Shown in pieces: positions 37,648-50,130 of a stretch of 64,000 nucleotides of DNA; the first letter of the stretch is position 1; each line of letters opens with the position of its first letter. This stretch comes from Selaginella moellendorffii (taxonomy: Eukaryota; Plantae; Lycopodiophyta). The translations under genes and the position numbers were made by a program. The notes beneath the pieces were generated by a model. That model was given only the letters and a program-made list of their open reading frames with translations, made no database searches and was not told where the DNA came from. The stretch covers positions 620,001 through 684,000 of the forward strand of contig NW_003314297.1 of assembly GCF_000143415.4 (NCBI RefSeq), read 5' to 3'.

Positions 37648-38656
37648 TGTAGCGCACGTGGTTTTGACCCTTTATCCTATAGTGATTCACCATAGAATAA
37701 CACCACGAAGCGGAACCTAAACCCTCTTTATGCCATGTGACACATGCCACGTGTCCAAAGGATAGTGGTGCGAAACCCGAGGTTTAGGGCCTTGGGCCAC
37801 TGAACGAAGGAACGGTGCCAAACTCCCAAGCATGGAGCCAAGGAGTCACGGAACCGGACCACAGAGCAACTCCTGGACATACAGCCCATGGAGCGAAGGA
37901 ATAGGAGCCCGGAGCGACTTGGAACAGTCCTGGAGCAACTAGCATCCCAATGCCAAGACCAGCACGCAAAACGGAGCCAAACGGAGTCTAGTGCTATTTC
38001 GGCATACCAATGGCTTAACGCAAGGACATGGGTACTCCACCAGCTAGCATGGAATGGAACTTGGGCTTAGACCCAAGCCGAATGCAGAACAAGGACAAGC
38101 ATGCAAGTGAGAGTTAGACTATGCCTCAGGTTGGTCAGCCATGCCCAACCTACCCACTATCCCTACTATACATTTGGAACCCCCCACAGCACACACCCCC
38201 CCCCTCCTTTGAGGAACACACGCTTTGGGCTTTCACCCAAGCCTCCCTTAGTATCAGGAGTTAGTCTCTGGGACAAGTTCGAAACTTACTAAATATGGAA
38301 TGGCGCTAGATTGCGAATTTGGACACAGGACGAACACCATTGTGTTCAGGACAATCTTTACATTCCGTAGATATGCCAAATGAGCAAATTTGGACACTTT
38401 CCATAAATAGCATTTAGGACCAAAATGAGACTAACACAAAGGGCATGATAGTGAGGGTGTTTGGCAAACACGGTAAGCTATCATCTAGCGATATTGAGGG
38501 ACTAGTCTCAATATGTGAGGGTTTTTGTCAAGCCAGTGCAAGATAGAGCAAAAGAGAACTAACAAGCCAGGCCGAGTATGCTCAGTTAAATAGACACTTA
38601 CAAATTCCTTCCTTATGCTCATCCGGCCAAGTATAAATGCAAAGTCCAGTTTACTA
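37648..38656. mobile_element. Truncated LTR copy, mostly the reverse complement of the 5049-6144 LTR
   Basis: Starts TGTAGCGCACGTGG, the reverse complement of the 6144 end. PPLVSGVSLWDK(F/L)ETY is shared. Confidence 0.85.
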
Positions 38657-38660
38657 TGCC

Positions 38661-39158
38661 ATGGAAGACTACTACGAGAACTTTCACACCGAGCTTGCGA
38701 ACACTACAGCGTGTCACTTCTCTTCGTCGCATGCATTGTTTCCCGGCTTGGCTCCTCCGCCGGATGGTTTCCAGAGCGGGGATTATCCAGAGTGGATTCG
38801 CAGGAGGGCCGGCAAGCTTCTGGAGAAGAATGCGCGCAGCAGCAGCTGTGGTGAGGAAGTTGGAAACAAGGATGCGGATCAAGGGACAAATCTCTGGCAC
38901 AAGATCATGAGCTTTACGAAAGTCAAGACGAAGAACTCGAGAGATTCAAAGACGAAGGAGCCCGCTCAAGCTCCAGGAGAAGATCTAGAGCAGCTATGGC
39001 AGCAAGTGTCCACCGTGCTTCAAAGCTCTCCAACAACCTTGGCTCTTGCGACACAAAAGGTACTTGCTACGAACTTAGATGATTCATTGATCCACTTAAG
39101 AAGGGCTGATAAAGGAAACCAGCAATACCGACCTCCTGCCATCGTGGCAGTAAGGTAA
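38661..39158 (+). CDS. Hypothetical GC-rich exon/ORF of unknown family abutting the truncated LTR
   Basis: Open frame MEDYYENFH...AIVAVR ending at a candidate GTAAG donor. No family recognised. Confidence 0.35.
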   Translation: MEDYYENFHTELANTTACHFSSSHALFPGLAPPPDGFQSGDYPEWIRRRAGKLLEKNARSSSCGEEVGNKDADQGTNLWHKIMSFTKVKTKNSRDSKTKEPAQAPGEDLEQLWQQVSTVLQSSPTTLALATQKVLATNLDDSLIHLRRADKGNQQYRPPAIVAVR

Positions 39159-39369
39159 GAGTGTCCGTAAGGACTAGCCGACATATAATTTTCAATACCC
39201 GAAGTCACATTCACGACAGTAAGCCATCATCACCATCGTTGTCGTTGCCTTGTCACTTGTGTCTTGCTGTTTGTACATCCTGGAATTCTTCAGATGCTAC
39301 TCAGATCATGTCTGTTGTTCAGAAGAGAATGAGTGTACATCAAGTCCCTTCCCAGCTTTTCTCTAACAA

Positions 39370-39666
39370 CCAGCAGCAGCAGCAGCAACTGGCGACAGTC
39401 AACCATTCACATGCCCTTACAAAGGTTGTGACAAGCACTACTTCTACGAGTACAAGCTCAACCTCCATCTCAAGAGGGGGCATGTCAAGGAGGAGATGGT
39501 GGTGGTGGAGACGAACTTGGTGGGGAGGAAAGTGATAATCAAGCACGAGATCCAGGAAGATAGCGAGGAGACCAAAGACGAGGGGCGAGATGATCTGATG
39601 GACGATGCAGGGGGGAACGATGAAGTGTTTGAAGATGATGAAGAAACTGAGGACGATGTGGACTAG
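39370..39666 (+). pseudogene. Duplicated last-exon fragment of YY1 (last zinc finger + acidic tail) with an in-frame deletion
   Basis: Near-identical to 22300-22430 joined to 22640-22808. Confidence 0.85.
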
Positions 39667-39750
39667 TTACTTTGGTCTCTTTACTTTTGTGTGTTTTACT
39701 TGTACAAAATGTGTAAACAAAGTAAGGTGATTAAAAGAAAATGAAGAAAA

Positions 39751-39812
39751 TCAAGATGGGATTTGAACCTGCACGGGCAAGCCCACATGATTTCTAGTCA
39801 TGTCCCCCTTGG
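39751..39812 (-). pseudogene. tRNA-Ser(AGA) relic, duplicate copy (T-loop mutated to GTTCAAA)
   Basis: Paralogous to 22883-22945. Confidence 0.7.
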
Positions 39813-39918
39813 TTGCTAGTTCTGAAGGTCAAGAGGAATGAAGAGGACGGATTCTTCAATTCTTGTAAATATTATTGCATTTTGAAAAGCAAATTATTTT
39901 CTATTCAGTAGGACAATT

Positions 39919-40800
39919 CTAGCTTAAGCAGCCAATATGTTTAGAATAATCTAATGTCCACCAATCTCTGCTTGGATATGTCGTCAAGTAACTCACCAGT
40001 TTACAATTATCTTCAATTGTAATATAAGTTAAAAGTAAACAGTTTGGTTTGTCATAACAATATGTATTGGGAGACCATAATACATTTAGTTTAGAAGTAT
40101 ATAACACTAAATTTCCATCATTTTGCAGATCTAAAAAACACTCTCCAAAATATTCATTATTTGGAGATTCCCATAAATTAGTTTTTCCAGAAAAAAATGC
40201 AAGTTTACAATTCATTTTGATATATAGTACATTCATACGATTTGGGGATTGTAAAAATTTACCTTTATATAAAATATGATCAGAGAAACCAGCACTTAAA
40301 GTAGTCAGAGTAATATCACAATTTTCAAAATATTTAAAAATCATATTTATATTTTCTAAATAATTTAAGGGTTTCCAATGAGATACTAATATATATCGAA
40401 TAAGATAATTATTAAACACAATTCTACATTCACTAGAAAGAGCTTGCAATAGATCATTTATTACCTTTTTAATTATTTCATTTATTGACTTTTGGAGAGA
40501 ACCACCTAAAACTGGTTTTCCAGTTGAAATTCCTGTAGAACAATATGGAGTACTTTCAGCTAAATGTTGAATTCTTATAACAACACCTCCCCCATTAATA
40601 TCTATTAAATTAGTATCAATATAATTTTGTGGATAAGGATGAGATTCATGTAATTTTAGTGTTAGTCTTTTAATGTGGCCTACAATTATATTAATATCTT
40701 CCTCAGTAAGTGAATTATTTTTACCCCAATCTATATCTATTTTACCAAATACAATTCTGCAATGTATAACTAAAATAAAAAGAACTAAAATTATAGACAT
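39919..40800 (-). CDS. Secreted unknown-domain + bulb-type lectin protein (copy 2)
   Basis: 293-aa intact paralogue of 23032..23913. Confidence 0.8.
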   Translation of the reverse strand: MSIILVLFILVIHCRIVFGKIDIDWGKNNSLTEEDINIIVGHIKRLTLKLHESHPYPQNYIDTNLIDINGGGVVIRIQHLAESTPYCSTGISTGKPVLGGSLQKSINEIIKKVINDLLQALSSECRIVFNNYLIRYILVSHWKPLNYLENINMIFKYFENCDITLTTLSAGFSDHILYKGKFLQSPNRMNVLYIKMNCKLAFFSGKTNLWESPNNEYFGECFLDLQNDGNLVLYTSKLNVLWSPNTYCYDKPNCLLLTYITIEDNCKLVSYLTTYPSRDWWTLDYSKHIGCLS

Positions 40801-41646
40801 TAAAAATGAATTTTAAATAGAATATAAAGTTAATTTTATATATAGAAGAAAATAATAATAATTAATTCTTTAATTATGATAAGCCACTAGCTATATGAGA
40901 GATTGGTTTATCTTTATATATATTAATATTATATAGCCTAGACTTGAGTACTATATTTGTTTAAAATATAAAAACTTTTAACAATGTATTACCACATGGC
41001 TCTTGTAAGCTTGGGTTTAGAGGCAATTCCTTCATGGACGTTCTAGCCTCCAAAGAATGAGCTTGTTTGTCGCAGTTCTTTGAGACATCTTGCTCTCCAA
41101 ATGCCACAGGCAAGTCACAGCCGGCATGCCCGATCAGATTGGTAGAAGAAGACAAGTGGATGGCACTGTGTGATGACCTCTTTTCCATTTAATCCATTTC
41201 TCTGAAAACCATGGGATTGAATGTTTGAATCAATGTTGTTTGACAGTCATCAAGAACATTTTCAACTTGGAAGCACTCCTTGCACAAGTGGCAATCTTGG
41301 AGTGGAAAGATATTGTAGAGTTAGAGCTGTAGTTAAAGAAATAGAGGACATCTGATTGCAACAAGCAGTCCAAGCCACACAGTCATGCCACCATCTTTTG
41401 TGGAACTCATAGTTGAGGTGGATAGAGTCGATCATCAGTGCTTTGTCTATGGTTCCTTTCTGGGTGGTAAGGATAAATTGCATGGTTTCATTCCATACTT
41501 GCACTTTCACCAGTAATAGCCCTGTCTCCATAGAGAGAATTCCATTGTGCATTCAGTTTTGAAGGCAATGTAATTGTGTTCATTTTTTATATTTTCTGAA
41601 TGACACCATGTGTAAGTTTTATTTGACATGTACGAAGTTGCGATGC

Positions 41647-43710
41647 TTACTGGGATTTATCCCATTCCGTGTTTTGCAGGCACGCCGGATCGAGATGGTC
41701 GGGCCCCAGCCTGACGCAGTTGATGTAATTCACCAAGCTGTGCCCGGCGATCCCAGGCACGAGCAAGCCTGCAATCCTTGCTACAGTGGACAACCTCGTC
41801 TCACTAAACTCCCCGCCATATCTATAGCTCATGAAGAAGCTCTGGACGAGCTCGAACAGCGCGTAAAGCCGGGACAGCACCATGTAAACCGGGGAGAGGA
41901 AATTGGGAAATGGCTCGTCCGGAAGGATCTGTGCAGAACGTTAATATGGATCCTACACAGAGAGCAGTGTCTCGAAGTAAAGTACCTGGAGGGTGTAGTT
42001 GTAAGTGAAGTAGCAGCAATTCCCGAAATGCTTGAAGCCAAACAAAGAGTTGTCGAAGGGAACTCGAGCTACCATGTCGTTATTGTAGACAACTCTAAAG
42101 TACCTCATGGTTGGCTTGTTTAAGCTGGTGTCCATGAAGGACGCAAAGCTCTTGTCTCCAACGCGGGGCTGGCCAAACGTATAGAGCGCCGCGAGCCTCC
42201 TGGCAACGTCGTCCTCGGTGTTGTAAAAGACTCGATTCTCTTCCCGGTTGTAGAAGAGCATGGCGGTGAAGAGCGTCGCCAGAGCGCCGCCGAGGCTGTG
42301 ACCGGTGATGTAGAGCTTTGCGTTTCTGTGGTTCCGGAGGATGGTGACGAGCTCCGCACTGATGTGGTCGTATGCGAGCAGCTTCGTCTCATCGCTGAGG
42401 ACAAAGTCGGGTAATCCAGATGTTGGAGTCTGTGGCAACGGAGTCCTCGAGTTCTCGTAGATGTTCTGCTTCAACCTCTGGAAGCTTTGCATCCTGTTCC
42501 TGTCGCCCAGGCCCAGAGCTTCGAGGAATCCGAGATGGACACGGCCGAGCTGCGGGAGTTCGTACCAGGAGAAATCCAAGTCTGTGCACCAGTCGTATGC
42601 ATTGAAGGCTTCCGTTCCCCGGAAGGCAAGAACGATGGCTCCAGCATCAGTTTCCCGGTCCGCAAAGATGAATGCTTGAGTCGAGTTTTTTTTCTGAAAC
42701 TCTGTAGCATGAAAGGGTGAGGGCAACGTCAGATGAAACTGAATAGCGACCTCTTACCGTTCCAACAGTTGTAAGTTCCTAGTAGATGCATCTGCAAAGG
42801 AGAAGCTGATGGAGTCAGAGGTTGTGCAAGGCTTGGACTTACCTTCCAATTCTGATTCACGACAAATTCGATGAACTTCGGGTTCTCATACGCAACCTTA
42901 GACGCCATAGCACAAACATCTGCTACCACTTTGGAGTCTGGACATGAAAGACACAGACGCTGAGACGAAGGGGCTTGGAGGAGGCTGATTCTTGGTTCCA
43001 TGTGGCCGTTGAAAGTTAGGTAGCTCTCCGAATCCTCGGAAGGATCAACAAGCCCTGGAAGAACAGCACACAATCAAAAGTCAACACCGTGAAATCAGTT
43101 CTAGTTACCTTGTGGATCCATCGAAAGAGTATACAAGGTCCTGAGAATTCCTCCATTGGATGCACAAAGGTTAATTGCCTTCTCCACCCATCTTCCAAAG
43201 TGCTTCAGCGGTTGAGAGACAGACCTCACGCTCCGGAGCATAAACAGAGAAAATCTCGCTCTCCAATCGAAGTTCACACTCCCGACTTCCAAAGAATGCG
43301 AGATGTGAGGCCACAGGTACGACCACACGCTCGTATAGTGTGCTACGAGATAGCATCTATCATCTGCGACACGAGTGCCCATACTGGAAAAAGCCTCACA
43401 ATGTCGAAGTTCAAGAGCGAAGAGAAGAATAAGAGGATAGCTTTAAAACATGAAATTCCGACTTACCAAAACTCCTTACCAAAAAGAGGATTTTATAGAG
43501 TGCTTTCTGGAAACAACTCGGCAACCGCGGAAACTTCAATCCCGCACGTATCCTCCTGCAAGTTTTTGCAAAAACACGAGATTAGCGCCCACACTGTTTA
43601 CTTTGCCTGCTAGCCTTCCACGCCGATCTCAACGTCCTGGCCGTCTAGTTGCTTCTGCCGATTCCGGACGCTGATCTTTCGGAACTTTCGCTGCCACCTC
43701 TGTTCCGTGA
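41647..43710 (-). CDS. Class 3 lipase, copy 2 (5' exon partly deleted; possibly a pseudogene)
   Basis: Core exons are nearly identical to copy 1. The region matching the copy-1 candidate start (~26730-26815) is absent. Confidence 0.7.
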
Positions 43711-43933
43711 TAAACAACTCGGACCACTTCCTCACCCGGAGCGCTGCACTTTCTTTCTGCCGCAACGTTGCTCGAGTATCTTGCGTGAATTAAAGCACCT
43801 GGAGAATATCTCTCTTCTTGAGAAAAGGTTCAGCTTCCAGCCATCCTCAACGATGGAAATAAAAGCAAGGCACTCACCACTCGGTTGGATTCGGTTTTAG
43901 GCTTATTGTTCTTCGCCAGCTGAAATTTCCGGT

Positions 43934-44965
43934 GCCTTCAGGGCTGGACTGCTCGAACTTTCCGACATGAGGATGATCACCTGAAGGTAATGTCTCGTTT
44001 GTTTTTTTTTTCTGTGCAAACATCAAGGTGGCCGACTCCAAAATCACTGAACTCAATTGGACAAGAACTTTTGGTACTTTTGCCTGTAGAGATTCCATAG
44101 TTGTATGTGCCCTCATGTCGGGCTTTTTTTGCAGAATCTGGAAGAGGGGTTTGAGAAGAGGACTGCCTCGTCCCAAGTCGGTTGAAAACAAACTGTTAAG
44201 TTTGATTCCGCTCGTCTCCTGTGAAGATGCTCGGTTCGATTACGCGCTCCGTTTTCAACTTGGAAGCTATAAAAGAGAATCTCTATGTACGAAGGAATAG
44301 TACCTCGACATTAGCCTGAGCGCCGAAAGAAGGTAGGCATCCTTCTAGAGTATCAGCTTCTCGCTCTTTCCCAAACTTGACAATCATTGGATTCACAAAA
44401 ACGTACTCTTTGCCTTTGCCTCTTTCACCCTCGGGATTAAAGACCATGAGCCTGGCATTGACGCATACTTGTGGAGCGGACAAGCCTACTCCATCTCTCC
44501 TGGCAAAAAAGAAAAGAAGACAAGAAAACAAAGCATGCCAGCGTTTGGCAGTGATGAAATTCGCGAAGAACATACCTGTACATCACGTCCAGCATCTCAT
44601 CGACAAGCTTCTTGAGATTATCATCAAAGGAATTGATGCGGATGTTCCTCGCGCGGAGCTTGGGATCGGGATACAAGACAATGCTGAGATTGGAATTGAA
44701 TTCCACGGGGCCAGCTGCGAGGAAACAAGAAAATGAGGAGGCAAGAACCCTATACCACGCAATCTCACCATCGGCTTCCGCTCTCTGTGAACAGTCGTGT
44801 AGCTGCCGTTATCACTTGAAATCCTCGCTGCTGCTGCTGCTGTTGCCGGAATGTGCCCGCATTCAATCTCGATCGAGCTCCCAGGAATCCATTCCGAGCA
44901 TTCGATGGCTGATGGCGCCACGGATTTCCGCCACGCAACGGCACACCACCGCCAGGTGCCGCCAT
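43934..44965 (-). pseudogene. PDF1B: Peptide deformylase 1B pseudogene, copy 2; 3' exons inverted
   Basis: 5' exons are on the minus strand (YPDPKLR, GVGLSAPQV, EGCL). The exon with RHEDDHLK lies on the plus strand at ~43940-43986. Confidence 0.85.
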
Positions 44966-45667
44966 TGCCCAAATGACCACCAGAAATTAGGATTCTTGCG
45001 ATCTGTTTGAAAATTCTCTATGGTAAAACGCGCCAAGAGCGAAAATAAAGCGGAACTTCTCTCGGCTCTAAGATAGCAGCTCAAAGGCATTCTAGTTGAG
45101 TTGATTTACATGTCAAAAAACACGCTTACAAATGTGCCATTATTTCAAAACCAAACACTTCGATTTCAATATATAAATTTGTGAATTATTTAGATTTCAA
45201 TATTAGCAGAATATTACTGTATCAGTAGAAAAGAATACTGATTGAATGTGATTTCAGGTAAACAACTATGTGATACATTCCCCCTTAAGGAAATAATTTT
45301 GAAAATTAATAATTTGCACACTTTAATAAAAATACACCAACTTAAATGAGTGGGTGGATAGCCATGCGTCTCTTGAGAACTTCCAGCTGGGAAAGTCTGG
45401 AAGCCTATTCTCCAGCTGCTACTCAAGCAGCATTGGAGTGTAGAACACTTTTATATTCCCCATGAAAGATCACGGTAAAAAAGTTAAAATCATTTCTTCT
45501 CAACAAACATTTCTAGAGACATAATGCGCCCTGATATTGCGCTGCTGGGCACCATCGCGCTCTCCACTTAGCGTGACCAAAACCATTCAGCACCAAGCAA
45601 CAGATCAAACTATGTTAGATTGGACGAAGACTAGGGCACCAAGGGGCAAAAGCTCAACAAGCTGTCC

Positions 45668-46994
45668 ATGAAATCGGTAAGCTCTCCCTGCCTTGTCTGG
45701 TCATGCTCGACATGTCACTCTGGAGGACAGCTAGAAGCCATGATCGCTGGGGCGCGGGAGGAGCAACTCTTCGCAATTCCTCCAAGTGACGTCAAAGAGG
45801 CCGACTTTCGCATGCGCTATGGCTTGATCGAGATCAAGCATCACATGCCCTCAAACGATAGGTTTGCTGCCGTGGAGATGTCAGGCGAAACTCTTCATTG
45901 CGTCAACAAGCTCATCGCCAACGATGTGGCCTACTCGACTGCGTTCCAAAAGAAGAGATGCAGGTCGCACCGATACTGGACAGGATGCTACGGAACCTTG
46001 GCCGGTTTACAAGGCCCCGCGAACTTGAAAAGGAGCCGGCTTACGGCCAAGCACCAGACCCGCCATTCGCCGTCTGACAAAAAAGCGGACTTTGTGCTCC
46101 AGTATGAGGCTGACAAGGAAGACCTTAAGACCCAGGTGACCCAGGTTGACCTTCCCAACTCTCAGTCTCTGGACTCTTCATCAGTCTGCGAGCAATTCTT
46201 CTCCGAGGCACCATTTAGATTGTAAGATGTACCTGTACACTAATCGCTACACGCTTCGTGGACTGTGGCTCAAGGTGACGGTGGATTTCAAACGCGACGC
46301 GGGCGTCGAGAATCTCTACCAGCCAGCTATGTACACCATACAGGAACTGGTGGAGACAGCGGCGCGTCCGAAGAGCTACAGACCGCCAGTGACCATCATG
46401 GTAAGAATAGTGAGTCACTTGGATCATGAGCGCTGACATATCGTCTTCTAGGCCGGTGACAAGGATGACTGGTATTACGGAATCCTGGAAATAGATGGTT
46501 TTGTTTGGGTGGAAAACCATCAGATTGATCAGGCCAGCTTGCAAGGTAAATGACTGCAAAAACGGCTGCCCGTCTAACTATTTGTGGTCGTGTACGCAGA
46601 GTTCCCAGAAGAAAAGATGGAGGTGAATCCGAAGAAATTCACTCCAAGCTTTACCCGCACCGAATTACAGAACAACTTCGAAACGTGGAAGAAGGACTTC
46701 GCTAAGATCAAGATGAGAATCCCCAATGGTCTTCACCCGGTTGGCCGCTTCTTCATCAGGTAAGAGCCGCGTTTCCAAGCGCTTAGGTATTGACAGACTT
46801 GCAGGACGGTGCAAGGGTATAACAAGATGCCTACCCTTGGCGGTGAAGCGGAGCTTGCCAGGGGGCAAAAGAGGTTCTACGATGGCATGCTCAAGACTCT
46901 TGTTGGTCGTCAAGTCACCATCTGGAGTCCACAGGATGCGCTAAATGCGTGGAACGCACGCAAGTGCCTCCTTAGGTGCTCCAGCCAACGGTAA
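45668..46994 (+). pseudogene. Disrupted gene of unknown family (copy 2, more complete)
   Basis: Overlapping ORFs 45668..46225, 46146..46436 and 46809..46994 with frameshifts; paralogous to 29130-30250. Confidence 0.5.
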
Positions 46995-49969
46995 ACACTT
47001 GAAAATGTCTGTGTTTTCAGGTTTTCCAATGTGCTGGAAGTATTATGTAAAAATCTTTTCGCGATCTCTTGAAACTATGCCTCGATATTCTCTCTACTCC
47101 CACGCTGCACTGCCGAGTGTAGCCACTACAATGCCACCTGCTTGCTTGTCTAGTGACAATCCAGGAAATGCCAAACTTGGCTGCCATGGTTTGCAAGACG
47201 AGCAATTGCTCCTTCCACAGGCCTGCACTGCAATAGAGCTTGACCATGAGCATGTCACAAGCCAAGTCACTGGAGCCACTGTCCAGACTCCAAAGCAATC
47301 AAACACGGCTTCTCCCACAGCAAATTGGTGCACGGTTATCCTTTTGGTATGGTTTTTTTAATATAATGTTGTATAAATTTTTATATGGTTATTTTACTGT
47401 AGTGCACTAATACATTCTTTCATTTTCATATGGATTTTTCACATAATTTTCTTATAGCCTAGATAGTATTTTTCACTGAAACATTGTTATCCAGAGTTTA
47501 TATGCTATATAATTATTCATATAGATTATTGTTTGATCAAATTATTCATGTCACAGCCGACCATCGAATCTACCCAGATTATTATAAGCCCATACTATCC
47601 AATACCACGCTACAATATCTTTAACTCATCCATCCTTGAAAGTGTTTGCTTGCCTATGTAAGTAAACAAAGAATTTAATATTATTCACCAAGAATTGTAA
47701 CATGGATCTTCCAAGTATGAAGTTTTTGGAACAGTATTAATGCTCTCCAAAAATTTTATCAATATAGTTTGCACTACCACAATATGGGTAAGCCTTCCTT
47801 AAAGTTCTACTATGTCCCCAACTAAAATTTATATTGCTTTATTGTTGTTGGAAAATATTCCTGGAAATTGATGTGAAACCATATCTAAAACTATATAGGA
47901 ATACCACCAAAAAGTATTATAGTGAGGGAAAATGCAAACTTCCCCCAACAAACTCCCAATAAGAAGAATGTATATATGATCAGAATGCATAAAACCAAGC
48001 TAAATTATGCTATCTAGTGTATTTATCTACTTCTAGCTTACCTCTAAAAATGTGATACTTGAACACTGTAATTAGAATTATTATACTTATGAAATAAGTT
48101 TTAATAATATATATTTTCTGAGAAGTAAAATTATAATAATTTGTTGCATGTAGCAACATCTAGTTTACTTAATATTATTCCTTATTATTTAATAATTTAA
48201 TTGATTAATTGATAAAGACTAATCTTGTTACATATTAACCATTAGATAAACTAGATATTTAGGAAATTTTATAAATTATAGTTATATCTATAAAATTACA
48301 GATACAAGATTAATCCATGTGAATATCAAGAATTAGATAGTAGAATATCCTAGAATATCCAAGTATATTCTACACTACTCTGCTTTAAAACATAATAAAA
48401 ATATATACTTTAACATACTTACATTATTTAAATTGTATTTGTGCTGGCATAAACCAAATATAGCTTTATATTTTGTAATCATTGGCATTAAATGGTTAAC
48501 AATGATTTCAGTTTTTTTAAACATAAACTAAGGATCCTTTTTTTTTCACAACTCTAAGGCTATAAATTGTAAGGGCATGACAACAATACCTCCATATATT
48601 TTTGTGTTATTTATGGTGTAACAAAGTAAAATCATAAAATCTTCTTTAGAGTTTTTAGTGGTAGTAGCCCATCAATTTCTTTGATCTATAGCAAATTTAT
48701 AATTTCGAAGAATGATCTATAGAAAAAAGAAAGCTAAGTAATTAAAAATCATACCAAACATTAGTTTGTACATCTTATGATATTTCAACTTCAATTAGTG
48801 GGGATTTCATGCAAAAATCAACTACAAATAGGTCCATCAACTGTTTCAATACCTTAGATCTTTCTAACATTTATTTTTAACTCTTGTTTGAATTTTAAAT
48901 TTGTTAGACAATGGTATTTGATTAATTTGCACTTTATCACTAGTGCCACTATAGGAAAAACATATATAAAACTATATTGTTAGACATTTCTATAAATATT
49001 TTAATGACATTCTCAACAACCATCAACATTTTGTAAACTAAATCTATACAATAGCTTATTCAAAACTCTAGATGTGGATCAACCAATCTATTATTGATAG
49101 ATTTGAAAGTTTGAAGAATCTTTACTTATGTTACTTCCAAGATCTATCTTCCATCAAAGAATGAATGTACCTCTAATAACAACTTCAAAACTCTAGCTTC
49201 TCATATTGATGCATCTACTGGGGCTAAATGATCTTTATCTTTCATAGATATCATCTTCTTCTTATATATTTTTTTTCCAACTAACTTATCCTTACTAAGT
49301 TTAAGTCTTGTTTAAGATTGTAAAACTACTATTGCAACATGTTAAAGTTATTTTTACTCTTTAATGGTTTTGGGGTGTGTATGGTATCTAGACTTCATAC
49401 TACATTTTCAAACACAAATTTGACATTGACTGTTTAATCATTCTATCTGTGAGTCTAGTTTGAGATAAATGCTATTTTCTTTAAGTTTTTATGACCTCAA
49501 TTTTGAAATAGACATGGCAATCCAACTTACAAAGCACATGCATTGTTATATGCTTCATGTCAAAAAAATCATATGGAAAACCATACTATAAATGAAATCT
49601 TTGACAAGATTATATACATGGTTTCACTATATTGTATTAACTTGATGGCTACATTCTTTTTTGGTTTGGTGTAGTTTTGGTAAATGCTATAGTCATGTAG
49701 TTATATATATAATTTTCTAGCCCTTGTATCATCTTGTGCATAATAGAGTCCTTATATAATTAAGCATGGAACCTCATATTTAACAAGCACTCTTAGATTG
49801 GAGTTTTATACAAAAAAAGAATGTGTGAAATATGGAAAGTTCATTACTCTTTATAATCTTTATTTTATTGATAAATCTTTTAAAACAAATTGTGTTCTTT
49901 CATAAAATACATTGAATTCTTCTATCTTAGAAAGGGTTTGTTTGCAATTGTCCATAGCTTCTCACCAAA

Positions 49970-50130
49970 TGTAATGCACCATATCTCTTTCCCTTTAAAG
50001 TAGGGGTAATTTTTTGCTAAAATAACTCCCTTTAAAGTAGGAGTTATTTTATTTTTATTTATCTTCTAAGGTTTCAAAGATCCACAGTAATAATATATCT
50101 AAATCTCATCTCATGATCATATGTGTTACA
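49970..50130. mobile_element. Old solo LTR of the TRIM family
   Basis: TGTAATGCACC...GATCCACAGTAATAATATATCTAAATCTCATCTCATGATCATATGTGTTACA is a decayed match to the 162-bp TRIM LTR. Confidence 0.7.
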
